Below, in pieces: positions 1 to 9,165 of a stretch of 22,883 bases of DNA (position 1 is its first letter; each line of letters begins with the position of its first letter). The translations under genes were made by a program, and so were the position numbers. The notes under the pieces are model-generated. The model was not told the origin of the DNA. It saw nothing but the letters and a program-made list of their open reading frames with translations, and made no database searches. This DNA is from an uncultured Chromatiaceae bacterium (GTDB lineage Bacteria; Pseudomonadota; Gammaproteobacteria; Chromatiales; Chromatiaceae). The stretch spans positions 1 to 22,883 of the forward strand of contig CAZIHO010000051.1 in assembly GCA_964538875.1 (NCBI GenBank), in the 5' to 3' direction.

Positions 1-5
1 ACCGG

Positions 6-1793
6 TCAAAAAGCCTGATCCCAACGCATCGACAAGCGGATCGCCGAGTTGACTAGCCCCACCATGCTGTAGGTCTGGACAAAGTTGCCCCACTGCTCAC
101 CGGTTTCCGGATCAATATGCTCGGCCAGCAACCCATGGTGATTGCGGTAAGCCAGCAGGCGCTCGAACAGAGCCCGCGCCTCGACCCGGCGGCCTACGGC
201 TGCAAGGGCATTGATGTACCAGAAAGTGCAGATGATGAAGGCATTCGCCGGAACACCAAAATCGTCCGCTGCCACATAGCGGAAGACAAAATCCCCACGG
301 CGGAGGTCTTGCTCCACGGCGTGGATGGTACCGAGAAACCGGGGATCGGTAGCCTCCAGGAAGCCGATCTCCGCCAAGAGCAGGAGACTGGCATCCAGGC
401 TGTCACCCTCAAAGCTGGCGACGAAGGAGTTGCGCCCCGGATGCCAGGCGCGCTGCTCGATGACCCGCTGCATGGCATCCGCTTGTCCGCGCCAATAGTC
501 GGTACGTCCGCCTAGTCCTAGGTGGGTGGCGATGCGAGCCAGCCGGTCGCAGGCCACCCAGCACATAACTGCTGAGAAGGTATGCACTTGCGCACTGCCG
601 CGCAACTCCCATAGGCCAGCATCCGGCTGATCGAACAGTATCCGGGCCTGCTCGCCCAAGGGTTCTAAGCGCCGAAATAAGGCGGCATCACCCCGCCGGG
701 CCAACCGCTGGTCGTAAAAGATGTGGGCGACCGCCAGGATCACGGCACCGTAAACATCATGCTGGCGCTGCTCCCAGGCCTGGTTGCCGACCCGTACCGG
801 CCCCATGCCCCGATAGCCGGTAAGAGCCGCCACTTCCCGTTCCGGGAGTTCTGCGCGGCCGTCGATGCCATACACCGGATGCAGGACGCCATCTGGGGTC
901 TCGGCGGCGACGTTGAGAATGAAGCCGAGATAGCGCTCCATGGTTTGGGTCGCCCCCAGCCGGTTGAGGGCATTGATGACGAAATAGCTATCCCGCAGCC
1001 AGCAGTAACGGTAATCCCAGGTGCGGGGGGTATGGGCCGCCTCGGGAATCGAGGTGGTAACGGCGGCGATGATGGCGCCCGTATCATCGTAGGCGTTCAG
1101 CTTTAGGCTAATGGCCGCACGGATCACCGCATCCTGCCATTCAAAGGGAATGCCCAGAAAGCGGACCCATTCCTGCCAATATCGGATCGTCTCCTCCAGG
1201 AACCGGCGGCCAACCTCGTCCACCGCCCCGCTCAGGCTCTCATCTGGCCCCAGCACCAGCGTCAGACGGTCTTCCAGATAAAAATAGCTCTCGTTCTGGA
1301 TGGCCGTGATAGACGCATCCGTCGTGATACGCACCACTAGGTCCGGCATCAGATAGCGGAGATGATGGCTGCCGCAGGTTTTTGCGGGCCGCCCGGTGCC
1401 GTAGCCATACAGGGGGCGGATTCGCAACCGTATCCGCGGGCTCCCGGCCAGACGGCGCAGCCGCCGCACCAGGTTCATAGGCCGGAACATCCGTCCATAT
1501 TGCGCAAAACGCGGGGCAAAGTCGGTCACCTCAACGCTACCGCCGTGGCGGTCGGTCAAGCGCGTGACCAGGACGGCAGTATTTTCGAGGTAATACTGTT
1601 CAGACTGCTCGCAATCCAGCAGGTCGATGGCCCAATAGCCGCCATCATCCGGACCCCGCTCGCCTTGAAGTAAGGAACAAAACATGGGATCCGCATCGAA
1701 GCGAGGAAAGCAGGCCCACACCAGTTCCGCGTGGCGGTCGATGAGGGCGCCAATGGTACAGTTGCCAATCAGGGCGAGATCCAGATTTTTCAT
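6..1793 (-). CDS. Glycoside hydrolase family 15 (glucoamylase / trehalase-like) protein, 595 aa, complete.
   Basis: Translation contains the GH15 catalytic-domain motifs 'AAVTTSIPE' and 'WDYRYCWLRDSYFVINAL' (the WxRD region of glucoamylase-type (alpha/alpha)6 barrels). Length is typical of bacterial GH15 proteins. Its ATG overlaps the otsB stop (ATGA), so it is the last gene of the ots operon. Confidence 0.75.
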   Translation of the reverse strand: MKNLDLALIGNCTIGALIDRHAELVWACFPRFDADPMFCSLLQGERGPDDGGYWAIDLLDCEQSEQYYLENTAVLVTRLTDRHGGSVEVTDFAPRFAQYGRMFRPMNLVRRLRRLAGSPRIRLRIRPLYGYGTGRPAKTCGSHHLRYLMPDLVVRITTDASITAIQNESYFYLEDRLTLVLGPDESLSGAVDEVGRRFLEETIRYWQEWVRFLGIPFEWQDAVIRAAISLKLNAYDDTGAIIAAVTTSIPEAAHTPRTWDYRYCWLRDSYFVINALNRLGATQTMERYLGFILNVAAETPDGVLHPVYGIDGRAELPEREVAALTGYRGMGPVRVGNQAWEQRQHDVYGAVILAVAHIFYDQRLARRGDAALFRRLEPLGEQARILFDQPDAGLWELRGSAQVHTFSAVMCWVACDRLARIATHLGLGGRTDYWRGQADAMQRVIEQRAWHPGRNSFVASFEGDSLDASLLLLAEIGFLEATDPRFLGTIHAVEQDLRRGDFVFRYVAADDFGVPANAFIICTFWYINALAAVGRRVEARALFERLLAYRNHHGLLAEHIDPETGEQWGNFVQTYSMVGLVNSAIRLSMRWDQAF

Positions 1794-2533
1794 ATAGTCT
1801 CCATCACCAGCCTGGTGAGCCAGCCACGTACCTGGACTATGTCCGGTAGCCGGTACTGGGCAATGGTCGGTTCGGGTCCGACTTTGATCGCGACGCCCCC
1901 CATACGACTGACTGCGGCGAAGGCAGGTTCATCGTTATCGTCGTCGCCGATGAACAGGGGCCGGCGCCCAGCGAATGGCGGTTCGCCCAGGTAAGAGGTG
2001 ATGGCAGTGCCCTTGTCGATCCCCGCCGGCTTGAGTTCGACGACCCGCTTGCCCGCTTGCAACTCGTAACCTGGACCCGCCTGCGCCATTATTTTGGCCA
2101 TAGACTCCTGGACATAGGCCGCTAAGTGGGGCTGACCGCGGTAGTGCAGGGCTAGGGTCAAGCCCTTATCTTCCAATAGCAGGCCAGGTTGCTGCGCCTG
2201 GACCTGTTGCAAGCGGGCCTGGAGTCGCGGCCAGACCGCCGGCCTGGCGGGGCTCCACACCCGCCCTTGGGAGTCACGGCGCTCCAGCCCATGCTGTCCC
2301 GCCATGGGAATGGCCAGGGTTCCCAGCCGGCTATCTAAATCTGCCAGGGAGCGGCCGCTGATCAACGCCAGCGCTCCTCCGGCCACCTGTTTCAGCCGCC
2401 CTAGCAAATCCAGCAGCGGCGCGTCGATTCGCACGGCGTCCGGCCTAGCGGCGATCTCGATCAGGGTGCCATCTAGGTCAAGGAAATAGGCCCAGTTCGA
2501 TTTGGGCGTGGGTGGAACGTTGGTGGGCGACAT
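1790..2533 (-). CDS. otsB: Trehalose-6-phosphate phosphatase (HAD family).
   Basis: HAD motif I 'FLDLDGTL', motif III lysine in 'KPAGIDKG' and motif IV 'LFIGDDDNDE' align with E. coli OtsB (FDLDGTL ... FIGDDLTDE). It lies 22 nt downstream of the otsA stop on the same strand. Confidence 0.9.
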   Translation of the reverse strand: MSPTNVPPTPKSNWAYFLDLDGTLIEIAARPDAVRIDAPLLDLLGRLKQVAGGALALISGRSLADLDSRLGTLAIPMAGQHGLERRDSQGRVWSPARPAVWPRLQARLQQVQAQQPGLLLEDKGLTLALHYRGQPHLAAYVQESMAKIMAQAGPGYELQAGKRVVELKPAGIDKGTAITSYLGEPPFAGRRPLFIGDDDNDEPAFAAVSRMGGVAIKVGPEPTIAQYRLPDIVQVRGWLTRLVMETI

Positions 2534-2555
2534 GGATAGTTGGTACCCCTGACCT

Positions 2556-4790
2556 TCATTTGGCCGGCGCCGCCGGTGTTAGCAACCGTCCCCGGCGACG
2601 CATCAGGGCCGCATCCAGCAGCATACGCCCGGCCCAGCGGTACACGTTGAATTCCATAACCAACGCTCGCATCAACTTCATCCGGTCCCGCTGCTCGGCC
2701 ACGGGCATGGTCATTGCCAGGTGCAAGGCGGCGGCGCATTGGTCCGCATCGTAGGGATTGACGATCAGGGCCTCCGGCAACTCCCTGGCAGCGCCAGTAA
2801 ACTGCGACAGGATCAGCACCCCCAATTCGTCATCATGGGCGGCCACATACTCCTTGGCGACCAGGTTCATGCCATCGTGGAGGCTGCTGACGAAACAGAA
2901 ATCCGCTGCCCGGTAGTATTCATACACCTGAACCGGCTGATGTTGCTCGGCTTTCAGGATGATGGGCGGCATACCGCCTTGGGCGAAGCGTGCGTTGATC
3001 TGTTGGGCCAGGGCCTCGACCCGGGCTTGATGATCTTGGTATTCACCGATCCGGGAGCGCGTCGGAGCGGCGATTTGGATGAAGCTAAAGCGGCCAATCC
3101 ACTCCGGGCGCAGCTCCAGCAGGCGCTCGATGGCCCGGAACCGTTCCACGATACCCTTGGTGTAATCGAGCCGATCCACGCCCACCCCTAGAAGGCAATC
3201 CGCGGGCAGTCCGTTTTGTGTGCGCAACAGCGGGCGGCAGGTCTCCAACGGCCTGGCCAAGCTGGCGTGTAGCGGCGGCCACTCGATGGAAATGGGATAA
3301 CGGCGCACTGCGGTCAGCTTGCCACCAAAGGAGACGGTGTGGGACTCACGATCCACCCGTGCTTCCAGACAGCGATCCACGGTATCCACAAAGTTGTTGC
3401 AATGGAACATGGTGTGGAACCCCAAGATGCTGCTGCCTAGCAAACCGTCCATGATCTCTGGGCCCCAGGGGCAAATGGCGAAGGACTCAGGATTGGGCCA
3501 GGGAATATGCCAGAAGGTGATAATGGTCGCCTCCGGCAGCCGCTCCCGGATCATGCGGGGCGCCAAGGCAAAATGGTAATCCTGAATCAGCACGATGGGA
3601 TCCGGGGTCTTGGCGGTGGCCACCACCGCGTCGGCGAAAATGCGGTTTACCTCGACGTAATAGGCCCAATCCTCTGACCGGAAGGTGGGCCGCACATGGG
3701 CAATGTGGCAGAGGGGCCACAACCCTTCATTTGAGAAACCATAATAATAACCAGTTTCCTGCTCCGGCGTCAGCCAGATTCGCCGCAGGCAATAGACCGG
3801 GTCATCCGGCGGAACCGCGACTTGGTCCCGTGCGTCCACGGTCTCCCGGTCAGCACTGCCGCTGCCGTGGGCGATCCAAACGCCGGAACACGCCCGCATT
3901 ACCGGCTCCATGGCTGTCACCAGGCCGCTGGCCGGACGGTGCACCTCGACCTGACCCTCCCGGCGCAGGTGAATATAGGGTTCCCGGTTAGACACCAAGA
4001 TAACGTCGTCGCCCCGCAATTCTCCCCGGAGAATGGCCCGCAAGGCCTCTGGGGTCCAGGTAATCTGGCTTTCATCCCGGGACCGGTAGCTCGATTCCAA
4101 TTCCCTCAACAACCGCTGCAGATCCCGGGCGATGGGCTGGAATTCGGGGGCGGGAGGAACCGCAGCGAGGCTGGCCTGGGGACGCCGGACCAGCCCCTCG
4201 CCACGAAGAATGGCGCGCATACCCGCAACCCAGCCGCGCCAAGACAACTGGGCGATCACCACGGTAATGAGTGACACCAGCAGGGTGACACCAAGAAACA
4301 CGTAAAACACATATTGCCGCGTCTCGGCGCTGCGCCGTCCGACGAAGCTCATGTCATGGACGATGACCAGTTGTGCCGCAGGTGCCGATGCCGTGGCCAT
4401 GGATTTAACGGCCAGGTGCAATAGGCCATGGGTATTCTCGAGGATTGGACGGCTTTGTTCACGCCAGCGCGACAGGTCGTTACAGTGAATCTCAGACGGC
4501 AATGACGCGGTCGCGATCATAGGGCCTTCGGGTCCAGCGCAATAAGCGAGGGCGAATAAGCGTTCATCCAGGGTGATATTGCTTAGAAACGCCGTGACCT
4601 TGGCCGGCGCCTGCGAGGCTAGCCACAAGGTGAGGGGTTCCCTGATCGCGTTGCTGATCAGATCAGCACGAATATCCAGATCGCGCTCGAACCAGTGCAA
4701 AGTCAACCGGTCTATCAGCGGTACCAGTCCGTACGCGACAAGGCCTAAGGCAAGGATCAAAGGCACAATGAATCGTAACGATATTCGCAT
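2556..4790 (-). CDS. otsA: Trehalose-6-phosphate synthase (GT20), 744 aa, with a ~255-aa N-terminal extension carrying two predicted TM helices.
   Basis: The C-terminal ~480 aa align with E. coli OtsA from '[11 protein letters not shown]' (E. coli 'RLVVVSNRIAPP') through '[15 protein letters not shown]' (E. coli '[17 protein letters not shown]'). The N-terminus has hydrophobic stretches '[20 protein letters not shown]' (aa 7-26) and '[23 protein letters not shown]' (aa ~160-183). A GGGAGGAGG-like RBS (ggaggagggg on the coding strand) lies just upstream of the ATG at 4790. Confidence 0.85.
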   Translation of the reverse strand: MRISLRFIVPLILALGLVAYGLVPLIDRLTLHWFERDLDIRADLISNAIREPLTLWLASQAPAKVTAFLSNITLDERLFALAYCAGPEGPMIATASLPSEIHCNDLSRWREQSRPILENTHGLLHLAVKSMATASAPAAQLVIVHDMSFVGRRSAETRQYVFYVFLGVTLLVSLITVVIAQLSWRGWVAGMRAILRGEGLVRRPQASLAAVPPAPEFQPIARDLQRLLRELESSYRSRDESQITWTPEALRAILRGELRGDDVILVSNREPYIHLRREGQVEVHRPASGLVTAMEPVMRACSGVWIAHGSGSADRETVDARDQVAVPPDDPVYCLRRIWLTPEQETGYYYGFSNEGLWPLCHIAHVRPTFRSEDWAYYVEVNRIFADAVVATAKTPDPIVLIQDYHFALAPRMIRERLPEATIITFWHIPWPNPESFAICPWGPEIMDGLLGSSILGFHTMFHCNNFVDTVDRCLEARVDRESHTVSFGGKLTAVRRYPISIEWPPLHASLARPLETCRPLLRTQNGLPADCLLGVGVDRLDYTKGIVERFRAIERLLELRPEWIGRFSFIQIAAPTRSRIGEYQDHQARVEALAQQINARFAQGGMPPIILKAEQHQPVQVYEYYRAADFCFVSSLHDGMNLVAKEYVAAHDDELGVLILSQFTGAARELPEALIVNPYDADQCAAALHLAMTMPVAEQRDRMKLMRALVMEFNVYRWAGRMLLDAALMRRRGRLLTPAAPAK

Positions 4791-5000
4791 AGTGGTCCCC
4801 TCCTCCTTTTATTCACATCGTCAGCCGCGCACGATTCCGAAGAAAAACTTGTTGACGGCAACCTAACAGAGGGTAAAGCCTTACCCGCCTTCCGCTTCGG
4901 ACCCTCCAGATTCCGGTGGCGGTTTTTTCGCATACCCTAGGGTAGTAAAGAAAAAAATAGTGCATTGAAATCCCGTTATAGCCCCTTCTGCCTGAGTTGG
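4791..5000 (-). promoter_or_regulatory. Probable promoter / 5'-UTR region of the otsA-otsB-GH15 operon.
   Basis: Non-coding, locally AT-richer sequence ('agtaaagaaaaaaatagtgcattgaaatc') immediately upstream of the otsA start. No -35/-10 boxes could be assigned with confidence. Confidence 0.3.
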
Positions 5001-5690
5001 ACCGCACGGACACAGACCTGTTCTGTCACTGGACCCGGCAAGAGCCGGCGTCCAACAAACACCTGCCCCCGCCAGCCACTGGTGCTGGTAGACGCCCAGC
5101 TAGGGACGAACCAATCTGGCCGTCTGCAAAGGGCGTCGACTAGGCGGACCGCTAACTGGTTGTCATAGGCTATTTTCCTTGGTGCTCTGGGACATTTGGC
5201 TGGACCTGCAACCGGTCGAGCCGTTGGAATATTCCCGGCCGGAGCGCTGGTCGGGGACTGGAGCGGTAAGGCGATTATTCAGCGCTACCCACTTGGTTTT
5301 CATAAAAATTTCTAAAGGCCGCAAACCAGCCAGAACTGGCACCTATAGCCGCCAATACCGATGAACGGTGCCGGGAATCCCGCATATCCCTTTCTCAGGC
5401 GGGGATCCTTGGGCAAACCAAGAGCACTCACTTCCGCCGCAGCTCCCTGACGCTGGCAATAGGAAGTTATGGTCGGTTGACTATCCGGGGACCGGGAATG
5501 ATCTGGGCTTAGTCAGGATCATTCGGTGTTGGCAGCAGGCTGGTTTCCGGTGGATTGCGAATCGGTTCCAGTTCATGCCACAGACGCCGGTGTTGGGCAA
5601 GACTGGTGGCCGCGGACCTGGGCAGCATCCGGACTTCAGGCGCAGCCGCGCCGGTTGCGAGCAATCAATCACTTATGTCACGAGCGGCGC

Positions 5691-6091
5691 ATGGACTTGC
5701 TCAGTTCGGCCGCCTGGGACCTATCCGCCCTGCCGGAACCGGCCCGGACCCTGGTGGCGGAGTTAGTGGCGCATCCGGCGGCTGGGGACCGGGCCTCCTG
5801 TAGCCTGAATTCCCAGGCCGGTCGCTTCGATTTTCGGGCGGAACGCCTGCAGAATCGCCGGGGCTCCGGCGGCCGGATCCTGGTCAACATCAGTCACGCG
5901 GAACCCAGGGATCTGAGTGTGGCCCGGCGCTTGGCGGATTGGTCCCTGGCACCCCAGGAGAAGCGGAGGCGTTGGGCGTGAAGGTGGGAACCCTGAAGAT
6001 GTACATCAACCAGCTCAAGGCCAAGTTGGAAATCGAGTCACGAGAGGCGTTCATCGGCCAACTGTTGGCGGAACCCCCGTCCGATCCTTGA
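5691..6091 (+). pseudogene. Degraded small HTH regulator (LuxR / sigma-70 region-4-like helix-turn-helix) interrupted by a frame change near 5960.
   Basis: Frame ending at stop 6089-6091 reads 'EAEALGVKVGTLKMYINQLKAKLEIESREAFIGQLL'. This resembles the recognition-helix segment of LuxR/sigma70_r4 HTH domains ('IAE.LGIS.GTVK..L..A..KL'). The upstream part ('MDLLSSAAWDLS...ISHAEPRDLSVARRLADWSLAPQE') is in a different frame. No intact ORF joins them. Confidence 0.25.
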
Positions 6092-6445
6092 GGCGCGGCG
6101 CGGACGGGTTGGGTTCCCGGTCGAGGCGTCCTGAATGGTCCGGTGCACCCCATCCCTACCGCGCCCAGCCAGCACGGCCAGCGTCCACAGCCCGCCCGGG
6201 GGGAAAGCGCGCCATCGCCAGGCAACTCACTAGCCGGGGTGCGCCGATACCCCGCGCCGCTCATTTGGGCAATAACCACCCCATCAGCCTTATCCATGGT
6301 TTGTAATGGGCTGCCTATCCGTTATCCGGTGGATTTTTTGCTGGCCAAATGGTCATTGACACATTTTCAATGGGCCATTCCGTGAAAATATTTCTTTAGT
6401 GTTCATGTGCATCATTTACGGTTTTGCTACCCATGGGTCACCCGC

Positions 6446-6464
6446 TTGGGGCACAGTATGTGCG
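6446..6464 (+). promoter_or_regulatory. Possible sigma-54 (-24/-12) promoter-like motif upstream of the MVP-like operon.
   Basis: 'tgGGGCACagtatGTGCg' has GG-N10-GC spacing resembling the TGGCAC-N5-TTGCW consensus, with one mismatch in each element. It lies ~165 nt upstream of the MVP start. It could be chance in GC-rich DNA. Confidence 0.15.
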
Positions 6465-6630
6465 GGACCTGTGCAACGCCCGGCAGGCATGTCCCCAGGG
6501 TTGGCCGGTCAAGCATCCATTTGGTTGCAACCCAATGGGCTGGGGATCCGGCAGCAGCCTCTGGCGGTGACGGGCTTCGACCCCGGACCTGGCCGACCTT
6601 TTACGTCAAAGAGTTTGAAGGGGATTCAAG

Positions 6631-9165
6631 ATGCCAAGAGAAGACGATCGTCCGATGCGCGAAACGGAACTGGTGCTGCCCCCCGGCGTCTTTGCCTTCG
6701 TACTAGATAGCACTAAGGGTAATATAAATACCTATTGCGGCCCCATCAAGCAAAGCCTGAGTAATACCGACCAATTGGTCGTCTATAACGCCGATAGCCG
6801 CCGCTTCCAACCGGCGGCCAATTTCAGCCAGGCGATTCAGACCCATATCACCGCCGCTAAGGGGCACTACGTCATCCTGCAAAACCCGTCCCGGGATGGG
6901 CATCATCCCGAACCGGGCAAAGCGGAGATGTTGCCCCCGAATTTCCTCAAGACCGGGGAAACCGAGAACCTGCCTGGCCCCCAATCCTTTCCCCTCTGGC
7001 CCACCCAGACCGCTGAGGTGGTGTTGGGCCACCAATTGCGTTCTAACCAGTATCTATTGGTGCGGGTTTATGACGAGGAAGGCGCCCGGACCAATTGGAA
7101 CCAGGGCGTCATCAAGCTGGCGGAAACCGCCGGCGTCGGCAATGCGCCCGCCACCTCGGTGCTGGGCATCGATCCCACCGGCCTGTTCACCGGCCAATTG
7201 CTCATCATCATGGGGAATAAGGTCAGTTTCTATATTCCCCCGAGCGGCATCGAGGTCTTACCGGAGAGCGGCGGCACCGAGCCCCGCTATGTGAGGGACG
7301 CGGTGACCCTGGAGCGGCTGGAGTATTGCATCCTGTTGGATGAAAGCGGCCTCAAGCGTTACTTGATCGGCCCGGAAGTGGTCTTTCCCAAACCCACCGA
7401 GCAGTTCGTGATCCGGGACGGCAAGCGCAAATACCGGGCCTATGAATTGACCGACATCAGCGGCCTGCACATCAAGGTCATCGCCGACTACCAAGAACCG
7501 GACGGCGCCTGGCATAAGGCCGGGGACGAACTCTTCATCACCGGCGCCAGCCAGTCGATTTATTATCCCCGGTCGGAACACGCCATCATCAGCTATGGCG
7601 ACCGGGAACTCTATTACGCCATTGCCATTCCCTCCGGGGAAGCCCGCTACCTGATGAACCGTCGCACCGGCGACATTCGCTTGGTGCGGGGTCCGGCGGT
7701 CTATCTGCCCAATCCCATCGATGAGGTGGTGGTCAAGCGCATCCTGAGCGATAGCGAATGCGGCATGTATTTTCCCGGCAATGGCGCGGTGCTGGACTAC
7801 AACCGGTCCCTGCGGACCCGAGGTGCGGGTGGGGCGGCGCCCCTGGAAATGCCACCGGACGGCCCCCGCCCGCCCCCACTCCCGGCGGCGCCAGCCGTCG
7901 CCCTCCGGGAACTCGCTGGCCCTGGTGCCTTCGGCGACACCCTGCAACGGGTAGCGACCTACACTCCCCCACGCACCATCACGCTGGACACCAAGTTCGA
8001 GGGGGCGGTGACCATCGATGTCTGGTCCGGGTACGCGGTGCAGGTGGTGAATCGCCAAGGGGAACGCCGGGTGGTGACCGGCCCCCAAACGGTCTTGCTG
8101 GCCTATGACGAGATCCTGGAACCCCTGGCCCTGAGCATGGGCACTCCCAAGGACCCGGCCCGCACCCTCAAGACCGTCTATCTCCGGGTCCGCTCCAATG
8201 CGGTCAGCGACCGGGTCAGCGTCAAAACCCGGGACCTGGTCCCCCTCACCGTGCAGTTGAAGTACCTGGTGCGGTTCGACGGTGATCAAGCGAGCTGGTT
8301 CAACATCGACAACTACATCCAATACCTTTGCGACCATTTGCGCTCCCTGATCGGCAATCAGGTGCGGGCGATCGGGGTGCTGGAGTTCTATTTTTCCGCC
8401 GCCACCCTGCTGCGGGACCTGGTGTTGGGCGCCAAGGCCCAGGACGGCAGCCGGCCGTTGCGGCATTTTGCGGAAAACGGCATGACAGTCTATGACCTGG
8501 AGGTGATTAGCATCTCCATCGACGATGACCGCATCGACCAACTGCTGCACCAATCCCAGCAAGAGAATCTGCTCAACACCATCGAGTTGGAACGGCAACA
8601 GCGCCTGCATCTGCTCACTGCCGGCCAGGAACAGGCCAAGCGCCAGATCGAGCAGGAGCGGGCCACTACCCAGGCCCTCACTCAACAGCTGTTGCTGGAC
8701 ATTAGCGAAGGTCAGGACCGGCTGGCCATGGCGGAAATTCAATCCCAGACGAGCCGGGAACAGCAACGGGCCAACGGGACCCTGGAAGTACAGGCGATCG
8801 ACAGCCGCATCGCCGCAATGCGGCTGGCGGAGCGCCAGGCGCAGTTGGAAAGCGAGGCCCATTTTGCCCACCTGGCCCTGGAACAGCGCCTGCGGGAGAG
8901 CGATGCCCAGGCCCGCCACCTCACCGAGCAAATGGCGGCCATCCAACCTGCCCTGGTAGAGGCGCTGACCGCCATCGCCGCCACCGGCACCCTGCAATCC
9001 CTAGCGGAACATCTGGCGCCCCTGAGCCTGGTAAGGGACCAAAGTCTGGCGGCCACCCTGGAGCAGATGTTCCGGGGCACCCCCCTGGCGGGGCTGTTGG
9101 ACAACCTGCGTCAACTGGGCCAGGGACGGCTGTTGCAAGGAGAGGACCCGGCCGATGCCAGCTAG
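6631..9165 (+). CDS. Major vault protein (MVP)-like protein, 844 aa.
   Basis: The N-terminus 'ELVLPPGVFAFVLDSTKGNINTYCGPIKQSL...VVYNADSRRFQPA...KGHYVILQNPSRDG...GPQSFPLWPTQTAEVV' parallels human MVP '[32 protein letters not shown]...VLFAPMRMVTVPP...PRHYCTVANPVSRDAQG...AQDPFPLYPGEV'. Repeated ~55-aa MVP-repeat-like segments follow, and the Gln/Glu/Arg-rich C-terminal helical region resembles the MVP cap-helix. An AAGGGG RBS lies 8 nt upstream of the ATG. Confidence 0.85.
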   Translation: MPREDDRPMRETELVLPPGVFAFVLDSTKGNINTYCGPIKQSLSNTDQLVVYNADSRRFQPAANFSQAIQTHITAAKGHYVILQNPSRDGHHPEPGKAEMLPPNFLKTGETENLPGPQSFPLWPTQTAEVVLGHQLRSNQYLLVRVYDEEGARTNWNQGVIKLAETAGVGNAPATSVLGIDPTGLFTGQLLIIMGNKVSFYIPPSGIEVLPESGGTEPRYVRDAVTLERLEYCILLDESGLKRYLIGPEVVFPKPTEQFVIRDGKRKYRAYELTDISGLHIKVIADYQEPDGAWHKAGDELFITGASQSIYYPRSEHAIISYGDRELYYAIAIPSGEARYLMNRRTGDIRLVRGPAVYLPNPIDEVVVKRILSDSECGMYFPGNGAVLDYNRSLRTRGAGGAAPLEMPPDGPRPPPLPAAPAVALRELAGPGAFGDTLQRVATYTPPRTITLDTKFEGAVTIDVWSGYAVQVVNRQGERRVVTGPQTVLLAYDEILEPLALSMGTPKDPARTLKTVYLRVRSNAVSDRVSVKTRDLVPLTVQLKYLVRFDGDQASWFNIDNYIQYLCDHLRSLIGNQVRAIGVLEFYFSAATLLRDLVLGAKAQDGSRPLRHFAENGMTVYDLEVISISIDDDRIDQLLHQSQQENLLNTIELERQQRLHLLTAGQEQAKRQIEQERATTQALTQQLLLDISEGQDRLAMAEIQSQTSREQQRANGTLEVQAIDSRIAAMRLAERQAQLESEAHFAHLALEQRLRESDAQARHLTEQMAAIQPALVEALTAIAATGTLQSLAEHLAPLSLVRDQSLAATLEQMFRGTPLAGLLDNLRQLGQGRLLQGEDPADAS

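Noticed and set aside
2721-3191. 156-aa + strand ORF inside otsA (antisense) and the 4573-4866 + strand ORF overlapping the otsA start.
   Set aside because: Embedded in or antisense to a gene with unambiguous homology. No domain signal. Typical high-GC spurious frames.
5190-5400. Inverted repeat 'GGCACC...GGTGCC' and a TGGCAC-containing segment in the long intergenic region, considered as a possible sigma-54 promoter or riboswitch-like structure.
   Set aside because: The -12 element does not match (GCCG instead of TTGC). The hairpin has a 23-nt loop and no conserved context. Likely chance in GC-rich DNA.
7258-8997. 579-aa ORF on the minus strand, antisense to the MVP-like gene. Similar long antisense ORFs appear at 9623-10270, 10171-10779, 11084-11692 and 18797-19592.
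   Set aside because: Typical stop-codon-poor antisense frames of high-GC coding DNA. Translations are Gly/Arg/Pro/Ala-rich low-complexity strings with no recognisable domain. The sense-strand genes have clear homology.
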